A stretch of DNA of 35,150 bases from Bacteriovoracaceae bacterium (GCA_049599895.1 JBMYPC010000013.1:1-35150), one strand, 5' to 3'. Positions 17,002 through 25,855 are shown, numbered from the stretch's first letter. Notes: generated by a model from the sequence alone, not told the origin. Numbers and translations: made by a program.

Positions 17002-17428
17002 AGTCACAAGTTATTGCAAGGGGAAGCTTCATAGGGATCTTCAGGATAGACATCTTGAAGATCTTATTCAGTATGTTGCTATGAAGATCTGGGAAGCCTC
17101 ACAAAAGGGAGCGCATCAAAAATGGGAATGGGCACTTGTTGACTACTTAAGGATCAATGGAGTTCATTCAACTAGAGGGAAACTTGGAGCTAAGACGATA
17201 GAGAAAAGTTATAGTATAGATGCACCAGGTATTAATGAGGATAGTGAAAATAGTGATTACTTATTAAACAAAGAAAGTATTGTAAGGTTTGAAGAAGAAG
17301 AGAAAAATAAGAATAGCGATGATTTATTTAAAGGTGTTATGGAAGAGTTTCTAGCACCAATAAATTTAAAAAGGGAAACATTAAAATGGGTACTGAGGTC
17401 ATACAAGATAAAAAAGAAGTTAGTGTAA
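16979..17428 (+). CDS. Sigma70 region-2-like protein (putative late regulator)
   Basis: EDLIQYVAMKIWEA...ALVDYLR...YSIDAP resembles sigma regions 2-3. No clear region-4 HTH. Confidence 0.5.
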   Translation: MDQETYNRVTSYCKGKLHRDLQDRHLEDLIQYVAMKIWEASQKGAHQKWEWALVDYLRINGVHSTRGKLGAKTIEKSYSIDAPGINEDSENSDYLLNKESIVRFEEEEKNKNSDDLFKGVMEEFLAPINLKRETLKWVLRSYKIKKKLV

Positions 17429-17634
17429 ATTCAATGGATAGAAGATCGGATATAGAATATGTTCAAGATAACTTTAATATAAAAGGAACTGTTGAACACT
17501 TACATTCAATGATGAAAGAAGTTACTAAAGATGATTTTACAGCCAAAAATGTAAATGCTGCTTGTCACTGTATTCACCAGTTAAATGAAACTATCAATAC
17601 TACCATTAAGGCTGCTCGGTTTCTCCGTGAATAA
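17386..17634 (+). CDS. Hypothetical protein
   Basis: 82-aa ORF overlapping its neighbours. Confidence 0.6.
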   Translation: MGTEVIQDKKEVSVNSMDRRSDIEYVQDNFNIKGTVEHLHSMMKEVTKDDFTAKNVNAACHCIHQLNETINTTIKAARFLRE

Positions 17635-18373
17635 ATATCATCGAAATGCTTACAAGTCTTTGACCGTAGAACAAATTACTATAATTGAAGCAAGTCTTAC
17701 TTCCATGAAGCGAAGTGATATTGCTGAAGAGATAGGTGTTCCAGAAAGTAGATTAAAAAGAGCTGCATCCTTTATGGGTTGGAAGTTTTCTTACACTAAA
17801 GGATTTGCTGATAGCAAGTATGATCCTGAGGTGGTTAAAGAGGTTTGTAGGTTTTATGAAAAGAATGGTCGAAAGTTAACTGAAGAAAAATTCCATGAAG
17901 TAAATGTCAGGTCAATAGTTGAGAGATATAAGAACTTTTCACCACGTCAGTCGAGATGGTTGGATAGTGAAGTGTTAGAGGTTTTAAGAATGGCCTGTTT
18001 TATTCCATACGAGAAGCAAGCTGAGATATTGAACCGACCATTAGCAAATGCTGGATCAATAGTTTCGGTTTGGCAAAAAAAGTTAAAGTGCAAACCAGTT
18101 GAGGTGCATGGACTTCCTGACTATAAAATGAAGATGTTTATTAAGAAGAAATGCCCATTTGTAAAGCTTCCAAGTGTTACAAGTTCAAATAATACAAGTC
18201 TATCAAGGAAGCTATATTTATGGGTTGATATAGAAGAGCATTTATACGATGAGGTTCCAGACTTCTTTAAAATTGCAGTTAGGTCATTAGCATTATTCCA
18301 GAGGAAGTTGTTTAATGGAAATACTCACCTTGAAATAGAAAAAATGTTAAAAATGAGTATATCTTCAACATAG
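17585..18373 (+). CDS. HTH-containing hypothetical protein
   Basis: MKRSDIAEEIGVPESRLKR HTH-like segment. The probable start is the GTG near 17627. Confidence 0.6.
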   Translation: MKLSILPLRLLGFSVNKYHRNAYKSLTVEQITIIEASLTSMKRSDIAEEIGVPESRLKRAASFMGWKFSYTKGFADSKYDPEVVKEVCRFYEKNGRKLTEEKFHEVNVRSIVERYKNFSPRQSRWLDSEVLEVLRMACFIPYEKQAEILNRPLANAGSIVSVWQKKLKCKPVEVHGLPDYKMKMFIKKKCPFVKLPSVTSSNNTSLSRKLYLWVDIEEHLYDEVPDFFKIAVRSLALFQRKLFNGNTHLEIEKMLKMSISST

Positions 18374-18479
18374 CCATTTCAAAAATGAACTAAAAAAGCA
18401 CAATGCTATAAATCAGATGCTTGTGCTTGTTTAGTGGCTTATAGTGATTTTGCACTCAAGGGCTAGAATCCTTTGATCT

Positions 18480-18722
18480 TCATTTCAGCTTTTCTTTGGC
18501 TGGTTCTTGGGTGTTTTTAAAAGACTTATTCCTTAGGCCCGCCATAAGTTTTCGATATAGCTTACCTGACAAGGTAAAGTAATTGATTAATTCTGTCTCA
18601 CAATAAGGACGTTCGTGCTTTTCTAGGAATAGGTTTCTACCTTTACTCGTAAAGCACATTTTTGATACCTTACAAGTACCACAATAAGCCACTTGACCAT
18701 TCCACGGTTTATTCTTCGCCAT
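18480..18722 (-). CDS. Small Cys-containing hypothetical protein
   Basis: 80 aa with an AAGGAG RBS on the minus strand; CGTC...H...C. Confidence 0.55.
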   Translation of the reverse strand: MAKNKPWNGQVAYCGTCKVSKMCFTSKGRNLFLEKHERPYCETELINYFTLSGKLYRKLMAGLRNKSFKNTQEPAKEKLK

Positions 18723-18864
18723 TCGTTCTCCTTAATATCTATTTCGAAATCATTTCCGATAGAATCAACTATACAGATCAAGTGTGAATGAATTATGGGG
18801 ATTTTATCTTGGTCAGCTTTTTTTACAATTTTTTGAATGAAAAACCTGACCAAGAAAGATTGAC

Positions 18865-18884
18865 CAATTCACCTTTTAAAACCC
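18865..18884 (+). promoter_or_regulatory. Putative late-promoter motif upstream of the HNH/terminase operon
   Basis: CAATTCACCTTTTAAAACCC is identical (20 bp) to 24131-24150. Confidence 0.7.
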
Positions 18885-18910
18885 CACAACATTTATTTTT
18901 GCAAATCTAA

Positions 18911-19120
18911 TATCCTGTTATAAGCAGCGAATATTCCCTGTTGGGTTTAGTGCCTTGTTTTCATAGCGTGAAGGATTTCGTGCGTAATTCAAAGAGTTGG
19001 CACTTCTAAAAATGGATTTTGCTCTTTGAATACTCCTTGTGTGTGTCATGGATGGTGCACGTATGAAACGTAACGAGATCTAACCATCTATTAATTTTTA
19101 CTATCGCTGCTTGGGATAGT
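18911..19120 (+). ncRNA. Candidate highly structured RNA (multibranch plus pseudoknot) heading the late operon
   Basis: Nested long-range helices with several G-U pairs on the + strand (see findings). Confidence 0.6.
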
Positions 19121-19523
19121 GATGTTAAAGATTCTAATTACTAGTTACACGATTCTTCTTTCATTCTTTGTTGAACACTGGATTGGTGTTGTGGGCTTTC
19201 CATGTTACGAAGTTTCTACATTTGGAAGAGTTAGAAATGTAATCACTCAAAATTTACTTAGTCCTAAATATGACAAAGATGGTTATCAGTCATTGGGAAT
19301 ATATAACAGCAACGGTAAAAGAAAGTTTTTTCAAGTTCATCGGCTTGTAGCTTTTGCCTTTATTCCTAATCCAAATAATCTTCCTGAAGTTAATCATTTC
19401 GACTTTCAAAAAGATAACAATTTTTATCTGAATCTAGAATGGTCAACCAGACTCTTGAATATGCAACACTACTATAAATCCAAGCGTGACGACCAATACG
19501 GCCATGCGTCTAAAGTAGCTTAG
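19119..19523 (+). CDS. NUMOD4-HNH endonuclease
   Basis: W..V.GFP.YEVSTFGRVRN (NUMOD4) and VHRLVAFAFIPNPNNLPEVNH.D..K.NN...NLEW (HNH_3). Confidence 0.9.
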   Translation: MMLKILITSYTILLSFFVEHWIGVVGFPCYEVSTFGRVRNVITQNLLSPKYDKDGYQSLGIYNSNGKRKFFQVHRLVAFAFIPNPNNLPEVNHFDFQKDNNFYLNLEWSTRLLNMQHYYKSKRDDQYGHASKVA

Positions 19524-19540
19524 AGATAGAGGTGTAACGC

Positions 19541-20074
19541 TTGGCAAAAGTGACTAAGAAAACCACAAAGAAGGCTGCTAAGAAAGCGACTAAGAAGGTC
19601 GTAGCGAAGGGTAGTAGGAAAATTGAGGTTAAACAGGTTATTGAGAAGCCTAAGAAGCAAAAAACTGGTGGTCGTAAGAAGGGAACAGCTAATAAAAAAT
19701 CTTGTGTTCTTAATGAGGTTTTAGAGTCTCTGGAATATGATCCATTAGCAGAAATAATTAACACACTTCGAACACCAACTTATGATCCTGAAAAAATAGG
19801 TGATCAGTATAGCGCATACATTGAAACTCTTCCTGATGAATGTCTAAAAGCTTATGAGTACAAAAGTTTAAAAGAGTTCACTAAAGATGTGATGAATAAT
19901 CAACTTTCACCAAAAGAGAAGATAGACGCAAATTTCAAACTTCTTAAATACATCTATCCAACGAAGAAAGCGATTGAAGTCAAAACGATTGATAAAACCG
20001 TTAAAACTTTTAACCTTGGTTATTCAAATGCACCGGCTGATTTAGATGAATCTTTTCTAGAGGATGAATCATGA
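19541..20074 (+). CDS. terS: Terminase small subunit (putative)
   Basis: KTGGRKKGTANK motif, directly upstream of terL, GAGGTG RBS, Lys/Ala-rich N-terminal tail. Confidence 0.7.
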   Translation: MAKVTKKTTKKAAKKATKKVVAKGSRKIEVKQVIEKPKKQKTGGRKKGTANKKSCVLNEVLESLEYDPLAEIINTLRTPTYDPEKIGDQYSAYIETLPDECLKAYEYKSLKEFTKDVMNNQLSPKEKIDANFKLLKYIYPTKKAIEVKTIDKTVKTFNLGYSNAPADLDESFLEDES

Positions 20075-21528
20075 GTGGTTCTACTCCAAATTTCTCTGAG
20101 TTCGATCCAAGTAAAGTAAAGTATCAAGCTTGGGTTATCGCTTTAGTTTGTCAGTTTTGGAACTATAAAAAGTGGGGGCTGCTTACAATATTATTAAGCG
20201 GATCATTTGGTTCGGCCAAAAGTATTATCATTGCTCATTTAGCTGTTTATCACTGTTTGAAATATCCAAAAGCTCTTTTCCTTCTTGGTCGTAGATCAAT
20301 GCCCGATCTTAAGTCAACTATCTTTAAAAAAATCCTAGAACATATTGATGAAGAACTAATTGAAGGTGTTGATTATGTAGTTAATAAAACTTCAGCAACA
20401 ATAACTTTTTCTAACGGTTCAATGATTGAATCAATTTCATGGGCCGATGGAAATTATTTTCGTGCAAGATCAAAAGAAGCTTCTAGTGGTGCGATTGAAG
20501 AGGCAACTGAAAGTGATGGTGATGCGTTTGAAGCGATTAAAGAATTTACAAACAGGCTTAATCGTTTATCTCATGTTCCCCAGGCCTTTTTGATTATGGC
20601 AACGAACCCCGATGATCCAAGGCATCCAGTTCATAAGGAATATATTGAAAAAGGTTTCAAGTTCCAAGATTGGTATAAGAACTATTTTTTAGAAAAAAAG
20701 ATTAATCGTGTCGATGGTGAACCTTTTAAGATTGGTAAGAAGTTTTTAAATAGAATTGTTTTTTATTCAGTAACTTTCGATAATCCTTTCTTAGATAAAA
20801 ATTACATTCAAGACGTTATGGCAACATATTCAAAACTTGAAATACAAAGATTTATCTACGGTAAGTGGATAGCGATTACTGGAAAGGGTGTTTATCATGC
20901 TTATGATCCAGCGAAGAATTATCTAAGCGAAACTGAATACGTTGTTAATCCAGCTTATCCTATCCATATCAGTCATGATTTTAATATTTCACGAAATAAG
21001 CCTATGTCAGCCTGTGCTCAACAATATATCAATGGTCAATGGCATACATTTAAAGAATGGGTTGTTCTATCACTGAGAACTGGTGAAATCATGGAAGAAA
21101 TTGGTGCTTCTGGTGTACTTGATCATGGTTGCACGATTGTAATAAATGGTGATGGTTGTGGTGATCATAACGACACAAGAAACATACAAACAGATTATGA
21201 CATTATAGAAAAGTTTTATGCTGATTATAGAGATCCACAAGGAAGAACTATTTCTTGGATCTTTGATGTTCCCCTTAAAAACCCACCAATCAAAGCAAGA
21301 CATAATATAGCGAATGGAAAGCTATGCAATGCTCATGGTGAAATTAATTGGTTTATTTATAAAGGCTGCCCAAACTGTGACCAAGCAATGGCCCAAACAA
21401 GACTAAAAAAAGGTTCGAACTACATTGAAGATGATTCAGACTTCTTTCAGCACGTTGGAACAGCAATGACTTATTCATCATACTCAAAATATATAGAAGA
21501 ACTTATAGAACAGGAAAATGAATCATGA
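20071..21528 (+). CDS. terL: Terminase large subunit (PBSX-like)
   Basis: Walker A variant GSFGSAKS, Walker B variant AIEEATE, motif III ATNP, DNPFL, nuclease HDFN. Confidence 0.9.
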   Translation: MSGSTPNFSEFDPSKVKYQAWVIALVCQFWNYKKWGLLTILLSGSFGSAKSIIIAHLAVYHCLKYPKALFLLGRRSMPDLKSTIFKKILEHIDEELIEGVDYVVNKTSATITFSNGSMIESISWADGNYFRARSKEASSGAIEEATESDGDAFEAIKEFTNRLNRLSHVPQAFLIMATNPDDPRHPVHKEYIEKGFKFQDWYKNYFLEKKINRVDGEPFKIGKKFLNRIVFYSVTFDNPFLDKNYIQDVMATYSKLEIQRFIYGKWIAITGKGVYHAYDPAKNYLSETEYVVNPAYPIHISHDFNISRNKPMSACAQQYINGQWHTFKEWVVLSLRTGEIMEEIGASGVLDHGCTIVINGDGCGDHNDTRNIQTDYDIIEKFYADYRDPQGRTISWIFDVPLKNPPIKARHNIANGKLCNAHGEINWFIYKGCPNCDQAMAQTRLKKGSNYIEDDSDFFQHVGTAMTYSSYSKYIEELIEQENES

Positions 21529-22970
21529 TTAATAATATGAATATTGAAAGCGTTAATATCTTAGAAGCTGGTGATGCTGCAATGGTAGTAAAACTTATAA
21601 CTTCTCCTGAGAATATACAGAGAAAGAAAAACGCTATTACAGCTTCAGCAATTTCTTCTGGTGGTATGAAGCCGCACTTAATGGATTTAGTAAAAAAGAA
21701 GTATGGTGATTTTGCTAATAAGTATAGATTAGTTGATGCTTCACTGGCTAAGAAGATCAAGCACAAAAAAGCTAAAGCATATTCTGAAGATGCTAATCGA
21801 GAAATAAAAGGTGAAGGGCTAGAAGAAGCTTCAATCAGGTATAAAGAAATTTGTGATGAATCAGATATTCATGAATCAATGGAACTGTTTGATGAATTTG
21901 TAAATGATCACGGTTACGCGGCCTTCTGGGTTACTTTGATTGAAAGTTTAGATGAAGGTGATGATGAATATTATTACGGCTTTAATCCTTTGGAACCTTG
22001 GGAATATGATCTTCTAGGTGATGTTAATACAGGAAAGCAAAAAGTTTTTGTTATCACTCATAGAGTAAAGGTGGGCGATAAGGAAGTCGATGAATTTTCG
22101 ATGTGGACTAATGAGCATTTTGTTAAATGGAGAAAGATTGAAGATAAAATGATTCAAGTTCCAATTGAGTCAAATCCAAACAATGTAAATCCTATTGAAA
22201 TGTTACCTGTTGCTTATTATGCAAAAGGAAGAAAAGTTGGTTATCCAATAGAAAACAACATTGCTCAACAGTCTCTTGAGTGGGCATTGGGAATGACTGA
22301 ACTTAAGACTTCAGCAAAAGATCAAGGTAAATCAACACTTGTAATTGAACATGATTCAACTACAAAAATTGGTGATGTGAAACTGGATCTTAAATCTTAT
22401 ATTGATTTAGAGCAAAAGCCTGATGATGGTCGAACAGGAAAGAAAACAAAAGATTCAAAAGCATATTTCCTAACTCCTAATCCAAAGTTAGTTGAGCATA
22501 GAGATATTTTAATAAATGAAGCGATTGAAATTCTTGATGATCACGGTATTACGACAAAATCTAAAATGGAAGGTTCTCAAAATGTTGAAAGTGCTATTTC
22601 AAAAATTGTTGATAGTGCTGATGTTCAACATATCATAGCTAAGAATCAAAACATCTACGCTAAGAAGATTGAACCAATGATTTTTAATATCGTTAAAAAA
22701 TACGAGCTAATCAAAGAACATAAAGAATTTCAAGATGCTAAACTTTCTGTTCATTTTAGTAAACCAAGGGTTCTAATGTCAGATAAGGAATCATTGGAAA
22801 TTATTAAACTTAGAGCTGATCTAGGGCTTGATCTTCCATGGCAAAAACATCAATTAATGAATCCAAATCTTTCCGATGAAGAAGCACAAAAGCATGAAGA
22901 AGAAATTCAAAAGGCCTTAAAAGAAAAGGAACCAGTAAAAGAAGATGAACCTGAAAAAGAAGTAATGTAA
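21525..22970 (+). CDS. Portal protein
   Basis: 481 aa directly after terL; SPP1-like size and C-terminal features. Confidence 0.75.
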   Translation: MINNMNIESVNILEAGDAAMVVKLITSPENIQRKKNAITASAISSGGMKPHLMDLVKKKYGDFANKYRLVDASLAKKIKHKKAKAYSEDANREIKGEGLEEASIRYKEICDESDIHESMELFDEFVNDHGYAAFWVTLIESLDEGDDEYYYGFNPLEPWEYDLLGDVNTGKQKVFVITHRVKVGDKEVDEFSMWTNEHFVKWRKIEDKMIQVPIESNPNNVNPIEMLPVAYYAKGRKVGYPIENNIAQQSLEWALGMTELKTSAKDQGKSTLVIEHDSTTKIGDVKLDLKSYIDLEQKPDDGRTGKKTKDSKAYFLTPNPKLVEHRDILINEAIEILDDHGITTKSKMEGSQNVESAISKIVDSADVQHIIAKNQNIYAKKIEPMIFNIVKKYELIKEHKEFQDAKLSVHFSKPRVLMSDKESLEIIKLRADLGLDLPWQKHQLMNPNLSDEEAQKHEEEIQKALKEKEPVKEDEPEKEVM

Positions 22971-23605
22971 TGCCTGAAAAAAAAGACGGTGTACTTTTAC
23001 AAAAAGAACTTAGATTAAACCTTGATAGAATCCCTTATTCTAAGCGTGATGCTGTTGTGAAAAGCGTTGGTGAATACATCGTTAAAGAAACAACCAAGTA
23101 CGTTAGAAGAGGTTTTTCACCAGTTAAAGGCCATGGAAATTTTCCTATACTTAATAAAGATTATGCTGAAGATGAAAAGGGTGGTGATAGAACTCCAAAC
23201 CTTTCACTAGAAGGCGATATGCTTCACGAGTATAATTTTAACAATGTGGGGAAATATCTCAGGATTGGTTATTTTCATGGGCCTGAATCAAATCAAGCCG
23301 ATGGTCACAATCAGCTAACTAAAAAAGCTAAGTCATGGGCTAGAAAAAGTGGTATGCCTTTAAGAAGGTGGATTCCAGATGAAAACGAAGAATATACCGA
23401 TGAGATAATGAAAGGTGTAAACAGGCTACTAGATAAACATCGTGAAGATGCTCATTTGAAAATCGAAACAGGTGAAGTTGAACAAAGAATCATTAGGGAT
23501 GTAGATGATAGACGAAAAAACGAATCTGTTTCTATAGATGATTTATTTTCTGATGATAATATCGCGGCCCTAATCTTTGATGAACTAGATAGGAGTACGT
23601 TTTAA
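22970..23605 (+). CDS. Virion morphogenesis-like protein (paralogue A)
   Basis: SPVKG.G.F, NLSLEGDML, GHN and PLRRWIP motifs resemble the virion morphogenesis family. Confidence 0.5.
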   Translation: MPEKKDGVLLQKELRLNLDRIPYSKRDAVVKSVGEYIVKETTKYVRRGFSPVKGHGNFPILNKDYAEDEKGGDRTPNLSLEGDMLHEYNFNNVGKYLRIGYFHGPESNQADGHNQLTKKAKSWARKSGMPLRRWIPDENEEYTDEIMKGVNRLLDKHREDAHLKIETGEVEQRIIRDVDDRRKNESVSIDDLFSDDNIAALIFDELDRSTF

Positions 23606-24129
23606 TGGGAAGTAATGTAAAACTAAAAGTTAATCTTCCAAACTATCACCACATGATTACTGAAGTAAGGAATGAATTTTCAAAAACTGCACCTGAAAAA
23701 ATAAGGATTGCTTATCTATCAGATCTTAATGCTGGGGTTTCACCAGTGAAGGGGAAAGGGAAGTTTAAAACTTATTCAAGCTCATATAGAAATCAAATAT
23801 CAAAAATGAAAGGCAAAAGAACTGGTGTTGTTGATTTCTATTCAACTGGTCAATTTTATAGGTCATTCATGGTTAAAGCTAAAAATAATATAGGTTCAAG
23901 CCTGAAACTGATTTTTGAATTTGCTGAATACACAACTAAAAATGGTAAGAAGATAAGTTTAGCAAAGATTCATAATGAACTTGGGGCTGGAAAGAAAAAA
24001 ATAATAAGAAGGCTTCTTCCAAAGAAAAAAGAAAAGTTTAGTGATGATATTATGGAAGTAGTTGAAGATGAACTGAAAGATGCAGTTACTAAAATAGTCG
24101 CAAAATATAATTCTAAGGGATCAGCTTAA
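23605..24129 (+). CDS. Virion morphogenesis-like protein (paralogue B)
   Basis: SPVKG.G.F, DFYSTGQFY, AKIHNELG and RRLLP motifs. Confidence 0.5.
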   Translation: MGSNVKLKVNLPNYHHMITEVRNEFSKTAPEKIRIAYLSDLNAGVSPVKGKGKFKTYSSSYRNQISKMKGKRTGVVDFYSTGQFYRSFMVKAKNNIGSSLKLIFEFAEYTTKNGKKISLAKIHNELGAGKKKIIRRLLPKKKEKFSDDIMEVVEDELKDAVTKIVAKYNSKGSA

Positions 24130-24130
24130 G

Positions 24131-24150
24131 CAATTCACCTTTTAAAACCC
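24131..24150 (+). promoter_or_regulatory. Putative late-promoter motif upstream of scaffold/capsid
   Basis: Identical 20-mer to 18865-18884. Confidence 0.7.
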
Positions 24151-24224
24151 TTAGTCAGTTATTAGTTTTTATCTCGTAATCTATTTATAACGAAACAAAA
24201 CTAATCTGATTTTAAGGGTGTTCA

Positions 24225-24929
24225 ATGAATTTCAATTTTTTATTAGCAATTTTAAGTTTAAATATTTTTTCACTTGGAAAATCACTAGCGTTTTATGCTG
24301 GTGATAAAGATGGTGGTGGTTCTAAAGATGGTGGTGGTAACTCTGAAGGCGAAGGCAAGAAAGAGGAATCTAGCGAAGGCGAAAAACCAACGTACGAAGA
24401 ACTTCTTGCAATGACTAAAAAACTAGAAGGTTCTAATAAAAGGATTTTGGAAGAGTCGAATAGTCATAAGTCAAAATATCAAGCTCTAAAGCAAGAAAAG
24501 ATTGATGCTGAAGAAAAAGATATGCAAGAAAAAGGTAAGTATAAAGAGTTATACGAAAAAGCAGAGGCCGAAAAGAAAGCACTTCAGGAAGATTATGAAT
24601 CTTTTAAAGGTGGTGTTTCTAAGGCCAATGTAAAAGTAAAACTCAAAAAACAAATTAAAAACCTTACTACAATAAGTGATGAAGATTTAGGACTACTAAG
24701 CGAAGGCAAAGCGTTCGAATCATTACTAACTAAGAACTTAGATAGTAGTGAATTAACAGGTGTTGAAGCGGCCATTGCATCATGGAAGAAAACAAATTCA
24801 AGAATGTTTCCTGAGAAAAAAGTCGTAACAACTGAAAGCCGTAGAACCAATACTACAGGCAACAAAAGCACTTCTGAAATGACTCGTGAAGAGAAATATG
24901 AAGCGTTTAAGAACAGAAAAAAAGACTAA
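24225..24929 (+). CDS. Capsid scaffolding protein
   Basis: Gly/acidic linker and long coiled coil, immediately upstream of the capsid gene. Confidence 0.75.
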   Translation: MNFNFLLAILSLNIFSLGKSLAFYAGDKDGGGSKDGGGNSEGEGKKEESSEGEKPTYEELLAMTKKLEGSNKRILEESNSHKSKYQALKQEKIDAEEKDMQEKGKYKELYEKAEAEKKALQEDYESFKGGVSKANVKVKLKKQIKNLTTISDEDLGLLSEGKAFESLLTKNLDSSELTGVEAAIASWKKTNSRMFPEKKVVTTESRRTNTTGNKSTSEMTREEKYEAFKNRKKD

Positions 24930-24950
24930 TCATTTAAACAAGAGGTTAAA

Positions 24951-25841
24951 ATGCCAATTTCAGCACAATCAAAAGCAATATTAGGTGAAGAAGATTTAGT
25001 AGTTGAAGAAACTCTAAGACAACTTCGTCACGATGTTTTACCAGTTCTTTCTTTTGGGATTGACTTAACATCAAAAGCGACAAAAGGGAAAATGTCTTTA
25101 AATATCCCAAATACTTCTGGGTACTCTATTACTGATAGACCAACACCGGCTAACCCTTCTAATCCAACTGTGGCATCTCCTGAACGTGGTGTTGATAAGT
25201 TGGTTCGTGGAAAAGCGAAAACGGTTCAAGATTGGATCTCAGATGAAGATGAAGAAGAAGTAATCGAAGATGCAATGGATACTTTCTATTTCGAATCTTC
25301 AGAAGATATCGTTGAATACATTCAGCAAAAAACTTTTGATGTACTTGCTGCGGCTGGTGCAATCATTCCTTCAACGGCTGGTGGTGCTGATACTCCAAAC
25401 CCGAACAGATTTCAACTTGCTGGGGCTGGTAACGCTTTAATCACTTACGATCAAATTGTAGATAAGCATAAAGAAATGACAGACGACAAAGTAAAAAAAG
25501 CTGGTCGTGTAATTTTCGCTTCAACAACTCAGTATGCAGCTATGAAAAAAATGGCTGAATTTAGAGATGCTGATAAAACAGGGCTTCAAGTTTCTGTAGC
25601 GATTTCAGGTCAAATCGGAATGGTTGACGGTGCAATGGTCATTGAAGTTCCATTCTTAGCGGCTGATCAAATCATCTTTTGTGGTGCTAAGTCTTTTGCG
25701 GCTGCTTTCTGGAAGCAAGTTGTAAGAGAACACCAAAGATATTCTGATAAGAAAGCTTATCACTGTTCTCAAGATTTCAACTATGAAGTTGCTGCACTTA
25801 GAGATGGTGGGCTTATCTATCTTGGTAACTCAGCGGCTTAA
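24951..25841 (+). CDS. Major capsid protein
   Basis: 296 aa, GAGG RBS, follows the scaffold and is followed by a terminator. GKMSLNIP and SGQIGMVDGAMVIE resemble HK97-fold coat motifs. Confidence 0.8.
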   Translation: MPISAQSKAILGEEDLVVEETLRQLRHDVLPVLSFGIDLTSKATKGKMSLNIPNTSGYSITDRPTPANPSNPTVASPERGVDKLVRGKAKTVQDWISDEDEEEVIEDAMDTFYFESSEDIVEYIQQKTFDVLAAAGAIIPSTAGGADTPNPNRFQLAGAGNALITYDQIVDKHKEMTDDKVKKAGRVIFASTTQYAAMKKMAEFRDADKTGLQVSVAISGQIGMVDGAMVIEVPFLAADQIIFCGAKSFAAAFWKQVVREHQRYSDKKAYHCSQDFNYEVAALRDGGLIYLGNSAA

Positions 25842-25855
25842 TCAAGTCTAATTAT

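Noticed and set aside
18623..18853. Minus-strand 76-aa ORF
   Set aside because: It overlaps ORF 18480-18722 by 100 nt, has a non-ATG start and no motif; support is insufficient.
20190..20520. Inactive terminase because of the GSAKS and EE Walker variants
   Set aside because: Such variants are compatible with PBSX-like terminases and the other motifs are intact.
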